Source: Octopus bimaculoides (taxonomy: Eukaryota). Taken from it: a DNA stretch of 64,000 nt. Of this stretch, positions 1-12,288 are shown piece by piece (positions within the stretch are counted from its first letter, which is position 1; every line of letters starts with the position of its first letter). The notes under the pieces were generated by a model, which was given only the letters and a program-made list of their open reading frames with translations, was not told the origin of the DNA and made no database searches. The translations under genes were made by a program, and so were the position numbers. The stretch is taken from assembly GCF_001194135.2 (NCBI RefSeq), contig NC_068983.1, positions 29,203,511 to 29,267,510 of the forward strand, read 5' to 3'.

Positions 1-91
1 TCTGAAATGTTTGAGTAGGATTTTTTTTCTTTTGAATTCTTAATTTATTATTCCTATAAAACCTTTTTTTTTTTTTTTTTTTTTTTTGCAG

Positions 92-533
92 TAGAAATAA
101 CTCAACAGATCATGATTGTGGTGTCAACAAAAATCTTGTGTCTTTCATGGGCAAACACAGCTTAGATAAAATAATGTCTCCTTTTGAATTTGTCGTTGAA
201 AATCCTGAGAAACTGCCATCCAATTCTTCAGCTTCCACTTCTAAAAATAAGTTTTTAACTCGATCTACACAACATCCATTATCATTACAAATGGAAATAT
301 ATGGTTATCTCGAAACTTCTGATCTCAACAACTGCTCCGATCATGTGTTTTTCTGTACACCACTTCCAGAACATTCAACCTCATATCCAACCAGTTCTAC
401 TCACATTAAGCAATCTCTAAGAACAGTACACAAAGGAACTTCATCAAAGAAAAACATCAAAGAAAGAGCATCCTCAAAAATAGCCATGTTCCAGAATTTA
501 CTCCTCAGTTTGACTAAAACCAATTTACATTTG
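92..533 (+). CDS. TICRR: Treslin/TICRR internal coding exon (first in window; upstream exons lie outside)
   Basis: Poly-T tract + CAG acceptor at 89-91; open frame RNNSTDHDCG...FQNLLLSLTKTNLHL; GTATGG donor at 534 (phase 0). End resembles vertebrate treslin FQQLVSRLTAEELHL. Confidence 0.8.
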
Positions 534-974
534 GTATGGCATCATAATAATAATATTTATTCTTTGCTTATAGCTCATGACCCTGAAGTTTGTCAATATT
601 AATTCTGTGTACAAGGTAGCGAGCTGGCAGAAACATTAGCATGGCGGGCGAAATACTTAGCAGTATTTCATCTGCCGCTACGTTCTGAGTTCAAATTCCG
701 CTGAGGTCAAGTTTGCCTTCCATCCTTTGGGGGTCGATTAAATAAGTACCAGTTACACACTGGGATCAATATAATCTGCCAGCTCGCCGCCTTATTTATT
801 ATTTCTATTAACTCGTTCACTTTCAGGTATAACCAACACAACCATTTATATCTAACTTCCATAGATTCTTTTCTCTGTCAATTATGTTGTACCCTTTTTT
901 TTTAACTCTCATTTCATAGTGACTACTTCTTCCTGTGGATTGATGTAGTATGTGTATGTTTTGTATATTTTTTT

Positions 975-1300
975 GTTTGTTTTTCATCATCATCATCATC
1001 ACCTGATTTCCTATGCTTGCATGGGTTGGACAGGTCTTATCCAGCCAGGTCTCTTGTTACCTGTTGCAATTCCTTGTCATCTTATTCACAAGGTTTGACA
1101 TCCTGAGGTCATCTTTTGCCACTCCATCTCAAGCTCCTACCTGGATTGCCTGACACCTCTTTGCTCAGTTGTCATCCTTCCTACTACATGTCCATGCCAA
1201 TACATTCTTCTTCCTTACATACTACAGCTGATTCCGATACATAGTTTCTTTCTCATCTCATCTGTTCCAGCGTTCATGCACTCTAACATTACACATCTGA
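975..1300 (-). mobile_element. Degenerate RTE LINE 3' end with (GAT)n tail, treslin intron
   Basis: Decayed C-terminal RT reading (MCNVRVHE...) and a CATCATCAT tail shared with other RTE-related copies. Confidence 0.55.
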
Positions 1301-2513
1301 ACAAGTATTTTACTAACTTTGTCCATATTAACAGTTATTTCATAATTTGAACCCCAATATAAACCCGCCTATATTTGTTCTGATTCTTCCAATAAACGTC
1401 CATGTAGTTGATTTCTCCTTGAAAAACAGCATCACCAGAATAATGAGGATAACTTCATAAATTAGCTCAGTTACTATAAAATACAACACTAATAGAAATT
1501 AATATACATAGTGATATATAGATGTCTGTACTTGCCGTTGCCGCTGCCGCCTGTTTAATACAGTCTTTAAAATAAACCATTCCCAGTTGTTGCATTCCTG
1601 AGTGAGCAAGAACAAGGGACATCATTCAATGTTTCTTATTAAGGGGAATTAATTCATTTTCTCTTACTTTCGTAGGTACGAAGCTTACTAACTGAAGCTA
1701 CTATTTAATCTTCAGTTAACTCAATTGCTTGTGGAAATTCTCAAAAAAAATTTAAAAAAGAAAACAGAAACTGAATTTAATTTATAAGGTTTATATAATT
1801 CTTCTAATCTTGATTCTAGTTCATTTCAAAATGGAATTGAAAACATATTACTACACTGTATATCAAGTGACAACCAACTGAAAGAAGCCCGTTGTATATA
1901 TTTATATGTGTGTGTTTGTCCCCCCAACATCGCTTGACAACCGATGCTGGTGTGTTTACGTCCCTGTAATTTAACGGTTCGGCAAAAAGAGACCGATAGA
2001 ATAAGTACTAGGCTTACAAAGAATAAGTCCTGGGGTTGATTTGCTCGACTAAAAAGGCGGTGCTCCAGCATAGCCGCAGCCAAATGACTGAAACAAGTAA
2101 AAGAATAAAAGAATGAAAATCACATTTTCACAGAAAATGTATCACAAATGTCACAGCAAGAAAGCTTGTACTGTAGAAGTCAAGAATGGTAAATATTCTG
2201 CCATTGCCTAATGAACCAGCAGAAGGACCTAGAGTCCACATGGGATAAATAGTGAGTGGAAATGTCAATTCCACATTGAAATTTAGCCTAACCAGAGACC
2301 TGAAAGTGTAATCCCCTTTCTGTGACCTTGAAACAATCCAAACCAAGGGACATTTATTGGTTTACCTGTTATTGGATTCTTTTTGTTATTTGTGCGATTT
2401 CAGAAATATACCATGAATGTGTGACATTGCATAAAAAAGTGAAAATATTTTATATAAACACACGTTTACACTTAGAGTCACATCTTACTTAATTCCTTCT
2501 TGTTGAATTTCAG

Positions 2514-2775
2514 ATGGTACAACTTAAAATCGATGAGGAAGCTGCACCCTATATAGGTGTCCTAGAACCTATCACTATCAATCTTGCTGCTGTGACAATT
2601 CTTCCAATGGGCCTCAATAGACAACTGAAAGAGCTTTTCCCTGTTTTTCCAGTTTATGGACATTGTTCTAATTCAGAAATTTCTAGTGCTTGTGATTTTG
2701 ACAAACTAGATTCTGTTTTACAGCAATATTCCACCAAGATAATACATTCTAAACATTTCACCAAGGATCAATCAG
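2514..2775 (+). CDS. TICRR: Treslin/TICRR coding exon (middle domain)
   Basis: TTCAG acceptor, phase 0 start MVQLKIDEEAAPYIGVLEPITINLAAVTIL (cf. vertebrate ITGVISPLSASAMILTV); GTAAAT donor at 2776, phase 1. Confidence 0.85.
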
Positions 2776-3254
2776 GTAAATTAAGTTTCCGCTTCAATTT
2801 CTCCTTGTTTCCACATGGTATTGTTATCTTGTCTGCACATGATATTGTTATGTATGAGAGAGTGGGGAAAGACAGAAGTGAAAAAGATTTTAATAGATCT
2901 CTAGGTTAACGAACCCCTGACAACTGTTGATTGCTACTGAGAACTGTTAAAACTTGTATTCAATTCAACTTACTTAATTTAACAATAATAAGTTAGTCCT
3001 ATTCATCAATCATTAATTGGTTTCTGTTACTATATCAACTCTCCTTTAATTGATCTGCTTCTATTAATCCCTTCTAATGAATAGTTACTGTAACGACAAC
3101 TATCAGATAACACTTGCCTAAACCATGCAAATGTCTAAATTTGCATAACTATACAACACATGATAACATGGAAAGTAGAGCTTAGATTTTTTTTTTTTAT
3201 CGTTCAATATTGCTCAAATATTTTTTTTTTTTTTTTTTTTTTTTTTTCTCACAG

Positions 3255-4895
3255 ATAAAACCTTACCAGAAGCACTGTCTTCTCATACTGTATTTGATTC
3301 TTCTATTTTAAACAAATGGACAATTCCTAATGCAGAAAATCCTGAAATGACAAAAATGTCTAAATTATTCTGTAAAAAACAGCTCCATACAAAGGAAATA
3401 GAATTGTTGAAGAAACTGAAACAGTTATATCGTAAAGCTAACAGCCCTTCTAGATTGGTAGACAAGGGATTATTAGTTGATGAAAAACCCTCAAAACCTG
3501 ATACAAACCAAGCAACTGAAAGCTTTTCTCAGAAGGCTGACAATCTGAAACCTTGTCTCCTGAAAAAACTCCGTAGTTTTACTCTTGGTCCAACTCGAGC
3601 AGAAATGATTCTCTACAAAAGCATGGCAGTTGCTGAAGAGTTAAGTAAAGCTGAAAGTGAAGAACCAGTTTCGTGTATGCAACAGAATGAAGATTCCAAG
3701 CAGATTCTTAATGAAGTTAACACACTTGTTAAGTGTATTACTAATAATAACGATCTAATTGACTTTGTTAATCAGTCTTATGCAACATCCCTCCAAGAGA
3801 AATTGGATCCTTGGAAGCAGATCTATCAAGTTGTAAATGTAGTCCTTAATTATATAAAACCTCACAATACAGACAATCCAGAAACAGAAACCAAGAAATT
3901 TTTGGTGGAACACTTGTATGTTTCTTGTTCTGATCTGCGTCATAAATACAAAAATCCCGAATTAGAGAAAGAGACCAAAATACAAGAATATAAACTTCAG
4001 ATTATTCTTCGAATGGAAATTCAGTGCCTTCAATTAGTATCTGATAAAACTGAAACTCTTGACACAAAAGACGATGCTCACTCTACGGAATCCTGCGTAG
4101 AAGATGTAGTTACAATGTTACGAACATTGTCTTTCATTTCAGATCTCACTTTATTGCCTTTCTTTCTCAGAGACGTGTTACTCAAGAATTACAGCCACTC
4201 AATGCCACAGGTTGTAGCTAATATATATGATGAACTGATGCAGCCAGTGCCCAGTGTCCTGGCTGATGTTATGTCACCCGAGTCAGATGCACCTTCAACG
4301 CTTTGTCCTTCTGTGAGTAGCTTTACTGTCGATGAATCTCTGAGAGAGTTTTTACCCAATGCAGTCCTGCAAACACAAACCAAGAAATCTAAAACCAAGC
4401 AGGTGTTGCCAGGTCTTGGGGAAAGACTCAATCGGCAGATCATTGTCGGTAAGAAATCTAATGCACAGGCAGTAAAGAAACGTCTTTCTAAATCGAAATC
4501 TAGTTCTTCGGATAAGAAAAGGACTGGTGCTGCTAGTAGTACTAAAGACACTGTTAGGGCCAGGCGTAGCCTCTTCACAAGTGATAGCAGGAAGTTAGAG
4601 AGACACCGTTCGTTTGCTGTGACAGAGAGAGAGAAGTCCCATGCTCATCGGAGGCATAGACATCACAAAGATTCAGTGAAAAGCAAAAGGAGAAAAACAG
4701 TTGTTGCCGAGACTCCTGCACATAAACAGGTGTCCCAGGTAATGCGGCGTTGGCACCTACTGCAGAGCAGACTGACAGAGCCACTTGAAGTATTGGCAAA
4801 AGGTCAATCAAACACTGACCACAATTTACCTTTGGAACCAAAGTCTTCTAGACTTGTAATTGAAGAGTCACCCTTGAAAGAGATAGAAAGCTCAA
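3255..4895 (+). CDS. TICRR: Treslin/TICRR large exon: Sld3-treslin domain and TopBP1-binding CDK sites
   Basis: Poly-T + ACAG acceptor, phase 1 matches previous donor. Motifs YKLQIILRMEI, VEDVVTMLR, NIYDEL, RRSLF, RHRSFAV, VAETPAHKQVS and VIEESP match human treslin LQVFLRLEM, RRNLF, PETPVHKQIS (T969) and VEESP (S1001). GTAAGT donor at 4896, phase 1. Confidence 0.93.
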
Positions 4896-7641
4896 GTAAG
4901 TACATCACTTATTTATTTGTTTTGTGAATTTTTTGTTTAGATTTTGATTTCCATAAATATTCTTCATGAGAAATCCGTTGTGGTAATTATTCAGCTACGA
5001 GTTCAAATCTTGCCTTGGTCAACTTTGCCTTTCCTCCTTCCAAGGTTGATAAAGAACCAGTCGAAGGCTGTGGAGTGACTGAATTCTTACAGCTTTTGGT
5101 GGGGTACCTTTGGAACAAATGTTTTGACTCTTAAGCTTTCTGAGTTCAAATCCTGTCATGGACTATATGTTTACTTACCCTGTTGCCCAGTTTAACACCA
5201 CTATCACATGGCACTTTGGATGTCTTTAACAGAGATTTACTTCCAGTTACCGACTTGGGATCTTGTTCAAAACGGGGGCACCAGTTTTCATTTATGTTTT
5301 ATGTAGTGTTTTTGGTACCGAAAGACTTTCAAACTTCGTATACTTATCTATTTTGTGTGATAGAACAGAAAAAAATTTTTGTATTCGGATTTATTTCATG
5401 TAAAAAGTTGTCTTATTTCGATAATTTCAACCAATCACTGACAAGTATTCAGCTGTTTATACTTACTCCTTTGGCACTTTAAGCGGTGTAAAGCGTATTT
5501 AATCTCCATTACTTCTGACATTTTTCAGAGGCAACACACGTGTGTTCGTTTTCCCTAACCCTAACCTTAACCGACTTGCTCCTTCCCTCAAAAACCATGC
5601 CTTGTGCCTATTATAGAAAGGTTTATTAGCTACTGCCAATATGCTTCAGCCATTTTTTGACAAGGAAATAATAATTTTATCACCGCTGCGAATCGTTTGT
5701 TTACGTAGTCAGCACTTAATTTTTACGGCTGAATGGACGTCAGTCATTGGTTGAAATTACAGAAATACGACAACTTTAACATGAAATAACTTGTGATGTA
5801 TGTTTTTTTGTTAAGAAGACTAAGAGAAAAAGATGTTTTATATGACACATTCTACCAGTGTCCAAAGTTTCAAAGTGTTTCATTAAGAAAATACTGGTGC
5901 CCCCGTTTTGAACAAGATCCCCGACTTGAAATGATTTATTCTTTAAATTCTCTTTAGACCAGTGTACATTGTTGTGCATTTACTTAAGAACTCATTAAAT
6001 ACTTCAGTTGATGTAACAAAGTTATCTCCCATGCCATGCCACAAACCTGAAAGTAATGTTTCGCTGAGCATTTCAATGCTACACGCACTAAACATGTTTA
6101 CACTAACTTTACTCTGATTCTAGAGTAATAATATCTCATGGCAATTAAGCGATTCCCTCATTGCTAAAGGAAGGACACATTAGATAGCCTAGTTTTAGAT
6201 ACATAATAATGTCTGGTAGAAATTAAAAGGGTGAGATAGTCATAGTTGGAATGCCTTTCATTGTAGAACTTACTCATTCTTGGATTGAACTGGGTTCTTA
6301 ACAACTTCAGATGCACCACATCTGAAGTTGTTAATAATAATAATCTTTTCTACTCTAGGCACAAGGCCTGAAATTTTGAGGGGAGGGGGCCAGTCGATTA
6401 GATCAAGCCCAGTACACAGCTAGTACTTAATTTATTGACCCCAAAAAGATGAAAGGCAAAGTTGACCTTGGCGGAATTTGAACTCAGAACGTAAAGACAG
6501 ATGAAATACCGCAAAGCATTTCGCCGGCAATTCAGCCATCGTAAAAACATAGCTCCTTATAGATTGTATTCTACACAGCTATAAGAATGGATTACGTTAG
6601 AGATTTTCAGAATATTATTTTGAAATTAAATGTTGTGACACATCTTAGATTACTATATTTTTGAACCACTGATTGTAAGTTCAAACTTTAGGACCACTTT
6701 CACTTCAGAATTCAGTCATATCTTTAATAATGGTTTCTTGGCCTAGTGCAATTGACCCAGCTTCAGCACTTGTTTTATAATCAAAATGATGAAACCATAA
6801 GTTGACTTCACATCAGTTTAGAACTTTAGAAGCTTAAATTCAGTTAAGGCATTCAGTTCATGTCTGTAAGCAGATGTTCTCTGCTTCGTCACTGAAGGAA
6901 GCAGCAAACATTATCATCAGATGATTGTAAGCAAGAGGCTGAGTTATAATTCCTGTCATATGTAAATCACTACTTAGTAAACCATTTGTTTTGTTTTAGT
7001 CTCCGTTTTATTTTTGTATAAATTAGGATTTCCAAAAGTGATTTACCTATGAAATGGTTAATATAATGTTTTTGTATTTTTTATTGTTATTATTATTATA
7101 AACATTAAAATGCCAGCAAAATGCTTAGCAGCATTTCATCTGTCTTTATGTTCTGAGCTCAAATTCTGCCAAGGTCGACTTTGCCTTTCATCTTTTTGGG
7201 GTCGATAAATTAAGTACTAGCTGTGTACTGGGCTTGATCAAATTGACTGGCCCCCCTCCTCCAAAAATTTCAGGTCTTGTGCCTAGAGTAGAAAAGATTA
7301 TTATTATTATTATTAAGGTGGTAAGCTGACATAAAATCGTTAGCACACCCAGCAAAATGCTTAGTGGTATTTTGTCCACATTCACATTCTGTGTTCAAAT
7401 TCCACCAATGTTGACTTTACCTTTCATTCTCTTTGGGGGTCGATGTAATCAGCTCAAACCTTTAGGCCTTGTGCCTATAGTAGAAAGGATTATTATTATT
7501 CCTTCATCCTTTCAAGAATGCTAAGTACCAGTTGAGCACTGGTGTCAATCCAATCAACTGGTCCCCTTTCCCACTGAAATTTCAGCCCTTATTTTGCCTA
7601 TTAGCAGAATATATTATTATTATTTTTTTTTTCTATTTCAG

Positions 7642-8774
7642 AACTATCAAGTTCAGAGTGTAACCACAAAACAAAAGTTTTGATCCGAAAAGGTTTCTAT
7701 GGCTTAAGTCGAAATCGCTTACAATCCAGAAATTTTGCAAAGTATATGGGACTGGCTGACCGTATTGCTGGGCGCCATGACCGCTATGCCAAATTGACTA
7801 CTACTACTTCTTCTTTCACAGAAAACAATGCAAGCAGCCAATCACCACTGGATCAACCCAATACATTTGCTCTCTCTCAACTTATGGGGTTCCCGTCACC
7901 TAGTACTCCCAAATTTGACAACACTTCTATTACATCAAACTATACACCAAATCCCAAAAGTGAAGCTTTTCCTTTTAGTAGAAGCCCAGTAATCCGAAAA
8001 CGTTCTTTAGACAAGCCACTTGTTAAACAAGCTCTTTTTACAACTCCAGAAAAAACATCAATGCAATCATCAACATCATCATCAGTATCTACAGCTCACT
8101 GTAGTGGTGATAAACAATTAAAATCAAATAAGTTAGCACTTGAGAAAAGCGAGAGTAGCATATTTAAAACGCCTACAAAACAAGCCCCTCATTGTTTAAA
8201 AACTCCTGAAAAGTCTGTAGTTACTCCAGAAAATAAACAGTTAAATAACTTCAATGAATCCAAAGTGATTGAAAATGTAAGTATTGTTACTCAAAACAAA
8301 TCTTGCATAAATAGTATGTCACATGAGTCACAAAGATTCGTTGCAACTTCAGGAACTCTTAAAAGAACTCCAGTCAAAAGACAGAACAACGGTGTGCATG
8401 AAACTAGTAGTGTCATTTCACAACCAAAATCTAATGCTGTTTCTGGTGAGGAAGATGCTTCTCATAGAAACAGTGTCTCCACATCATTAAATTTACCAAC
8501 AAAAGTTTTACAGACTCCTTCTACACCAGATTCTTTAGATAGGTGGAAACGTAAAAAGTACTATTATTGCAACAGAGAGAAATCGTCTAACATTTGTCTT
8601 TCATCTGCAGTTCCCAATCAAGGTGTTGCAGATAAGTCAAACAGGTGTTTACGTCTGGACACTGATTATGAAACTTTTCTCAATCTACTTGGTAATAAGC
8701 ATTCAAAACGGAAAGCTGGAGTTGATTCTAATGTTGCAGGTTTCTCAAATAAGAGAAGAAGATATAACAACTAA
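7642..8774 (+). CDS. TICRR: Treslin/TICRR terminal coding exon, S/T-P-rich low-complexity tail
   Basis: TTTCAG acceptor at 7636-7641, phase 1 matches; frame open to TAA at 8772-8774; many S/T-P sites (TPEK x2, TPTK, TPVK). Confidence 0.88.
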
Positions 8775-9066
8775 AGTCTTCAAACTGTTTCATTTAAATT
8801 TCATAAAATGAATTAAAATATATCGGAAGTTTACTTACTTGTACATAAGTTAGTTTAAAATTTTTTTTTTTTTTTTTTAAGTAGCTTCCAACAAAAATTT
8901 CATTAAAGTTTTAAAATGTAAAATTAATATATTATTAAAAAAAAAAGTAAAAGAATTATTTTGAGTTNNNNNNNNNNNNNNNNNNNNNNNNNNNNNNNNN
9001 NNNNNNNNNNNNNNNNNNNNNNNNNNNNNNNNNNNNNNNNNNNNNNNNNNNNNNNNNNNNNNNNNN

Positions 9067-9720
9067 GTGAATTTTGGAAGATTTTTTTCCACATTTCTTG
9101 CGGCAGTGATTCCGAATTTGAAGGTTTTTCAACAGAAGAAATGGAGATAATTGAAGAAAAGAATGAATGAGCTACAAAAGCACGTGGTGAACGATAATGA
9201 ATCGCGAAACTGAAAGCAGGAAAACCTTTAGACTTCTTTTTCTTATTTTTTCCAGCATGCTTGTTTGAAATGATTACTGCGGAAACAAACCGTTTCCTGC
9301 AACTGTAGATGAAATATGGGCATTTTTTGCCATAAATATTATTATGGGTATTAGACAGTTACCCAGAATAACAAATTACTGGAGCGATCAGGAACCTTTT
9401 GGCGATGAATATATTTCCAGTAAGCTGAACCAATATTTACATGTGAGAGACACTAACAGTACCCCAGTACCGTGGAGAACTTTGAAACAAAAATTATGCA
9501 ATAGAATTGATTAAAAACCCTTTCTTTAATTATGCTCCAAATATCACATTAATATGTTGATAAATAAAAAAAAGTTACAGGTGTTTAATGAGACTAGTCT
9601 AAATTCATGATTATTTTAGAATTTAATTGAAACTCATGAGGGGTGTATTTTGGTCAGAAATATAGTAACGAAAGGGTTAACTATAGTAACGAAAGGGTTA
9701 ACTATAACGAAAGGGTCAAT
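9067..9720 (+). mobile_element. Internally deleted piggyBac transposon relic just downstream of the treslin stop
   Basis: Degenerate reading FPACLFEMITAETNRF / VDEIWAFFAINIIMGIRQLPRITNYWS (PGBD-like); terminus ...ACGAAAGGG|TTAA at 9680. Confidence 0.75.
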
Positions 9721-10199
9721 TATAATAGATTGCAGCCAACATTAATTAATCCATCTTCTAGTGAGTGAGTGTTTTTAATAAAATAAACAGGTCATTTTTC
9801 TGAAGATTTATGTTTCTGGGAGAACGGCAAAGGAAAAGTGCTAAATATATATGCAAAGGAGAAAACTATTGGTTGTAGTTGTGTGATGTGAATGAATGGA
9901 AGAAGTGGTGAGGTTATATATATATAATGAATTATTGTATACAGTGTTCCAGTGCACTACAACTCATCAGAATAAGTAACCAAAACTGCCTGAACAGTAT
10001 GTAGAATGCACAGGAAGTGAACCATGAATAAGTACAAAGGAAAAAAAACGGGGGTGGGGGGTATCAGGCAAAATTTGACAAAATTTCAGGAAGCATAGAA
10101 GTTGTGAAGGATGTCGTGTCCCGACAGCTAAGCAGCTAGTGCTTTATACATGGCACTATTTACCAGTGCTTTTTATAAGGCACCAATACTTTTTCTGTG

Positions 10200-10350
10200 G
10201 CACTTTGTTTTAGGATCTCAATTCTGGGTCTTCTTCAGTACAGCGATGTGCCATGTACCTGTCCCTCCGTCATCTCTGTAAGGTTCAGTGTCTTGGAATT
10301 GGCCTTCAATACTTCGTCCCGTGTCTTCCTGGGTCTCCCTCTTCCACAAC
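10200..10350 (-). mobile_element. RTE LINE 3' fragment
   Basis: GRGRPRKT.DEVL...WHIAVLKKT-like reading on the minus strand. Confidence 0.6.
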
Positions 10351-10879
10351 TTACTCCACTTTTACGAAGTTGATTAAATAACAAAAGTACTCATCTAGGA
10401 TTAAGGATTATGGATTGGTGGAAATAAGCTAAGAAGCTTGCTTCCCAACCACATGGTTCTGAGTTCAGTCCCACTGCATGGCACCTTGTGCAAGTGTCTT
10501 CTACTGTAAACCCTGGGCAGACCAAAGCCTTGTGAGTGGATTTGGTAGACGAAAACTAAAAGAAGCCCATCATATATATATATATATTTGTATGTATGTG
10601 TGTTTGTCCCCCCACCATTGCTTGACAACTGATGTTGGTGTGTTTACGTCCCCCATAACTTAGCAGTTTGGCAAAAGAAACTGATAGAATAAGTTGACAT
10701 GCTGAGACCCCCTTCGGTCATGACTGACCATGGGATTGCACCTAGAAGGTTACCCTCCCAGGCAAGGTTGTTTATGGAAGACCAGTTTACAAAGAACAAG
10801 TCCTGGGGTCAATTTATTCAACTAGAGATGGTGCTCCAGCATGGCCACAGTCAAATGACTGAAGCAAGTAAAAGAGTAA

Positions 10880-11285
10880 AGATGCCGAACCATATTTGTT
10901 TTGACTCTATGTTCTAACGGTAATATTTGCGATGACACTAGTTCAACAAGTAGTATCAGCCCTGAAGAGACAGCTTTCCTATTAGACAACATCAGTGTCA
11001 TGGACACGGCAGATTTGCTTACACTGCTAATCTTAGAAAAACAAAAATGCCTAAGCCTGCAAATACTTGTTAAACCACGACTGTCATGGAAACACATTGT
11101 TTTGAATTAATCATCGCATTATCTTAGCTGCTAGACAAAGTTCAGAGAGCTTACTACCTTGTTCAAAAGAAAAGACCTCTTCTCCAGAGTGGCAGACGGA
11201 TTGTATGATGCTTGTGTATGAAGAGCTACGCTGCATGGCAGTGAAACATGGGTTCTGACTACAAAGGTTTGAAAGAAATGAAAAG
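10880..11285 (+). mobile_element. Decayed RTE LINE RT fragment
   Basis: KFRELL..L...DL..RV.GRLYDACV...LHGSETW-like motifs with frameshifts. Confidence 0.65.
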
Positions 11286-11603
11286 CTTATAAAAATTTTT
11301 AGAAAAACGTTTTTCAGATCTCAGCTGACATTTATAATTATCAAAAGATACAAAAAAAACGAAAAAAATAGTTCCAATTTGAAACAGAACTTATATATAT
11401 TTTTTGTTTATATATCATATATATTCATACGATATATGCTTATATATCATCTCTTAAGTAGGTCCTTTTTATATACGGTGCTTTTCAACTAACGCAACAC
11501 ACTAGAGTTCTCTCCCATCGATCGAAAGCCTAAATGCACAGACCCGATGGGAGAGAACTCGTGTGTTGTGTTACTTTACAAATACCCTGTATTGTTTGTA
11601 TAT

Positions 11604-11755
11604 ATTATATTATATACATATAAGAGGGATGACCACTAAGTGGACATCTCTTTTGCTAGAAGTTGACCACTAAGAAAAGATTGTTCGTAAGTGGTTTACT
11701 TCTAGCAAAAAGGATGTCCACTTAGTGGTTATCTCTCATATGTATGTAATATAAT
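11604..11755. mobile_element. Palindromic ~150-bp MITE
   Basis: Arms ...GATGACCACTAAGTGGACATC..TTTTGCTAGAAGT / ACTTCTAGCAAAA..GATGTCCACTTAGTGGTTATC... with a short centre. Confidence 0.7.
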
Positions 11756-11860
11756 TTTTCTGAATCTTCAGATTTATTTCAATTTGCTAGGCCACTGATT
11801 TTAAATTGATATTAATCAAATTAATATTCAATTTTTCACCCTTATTATTTAAATTATATA

Positions 11861-12196
11861 TACCGTAAATCCTCGAGTATAGTCCGCCTTTGAGTATAAT
11901 ACACAGGGGATTTTTAGGGGGCTGTACCTCTGAAAAACCTAAACCTTGTGTATAATACGCATACGGTAACATCCTTTATTATTATTGTATATATAACAAT
12001 GCAAACGTGTAGCTTTTTTATACACTTTGTTGTTTGTAGAAAATAAAGAAATAACAGTAATAACGTCAGTGAAAAATAAATATTAAGTAAATTGCCTTTA
12101 CATATTTATCACTTAGAAAATATTTTTCACTTTTAACATCATATAACCTTTAAATTTTGGGGAAAAAGTGTGGATTATACTCGAGGATTTACTGTA
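11861..12196. mobile_element. Tc1/mariner (pogo/Tigger-like) MITE
   Basis: TIRs TACCGTAAATCCTCGAGTATA / TATACTCGAGGATTTACTGTA with TA termini. Confidence 0.8.
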
Positions 12197-12248
12197 TATA
12201 CTTTATGTATTGATATATATTATACTTTATATATTAATATATTATATT

Positions 12249-12288
<40 letters not shown>

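Noticed and set aside
3283-4841. Antisense ORFs overlapping the large treslin exon
   Set aside because: Shadow frames of a real coding exon with no independent motif or splice support.
10401-10917. ORFs such as MAPCASVFYC..., ...FTCFSHLTVAMLEHHL and ...GFGRRKLKEA
   Set aside because: Recurrent translations of SINE family A, seen at many loci.
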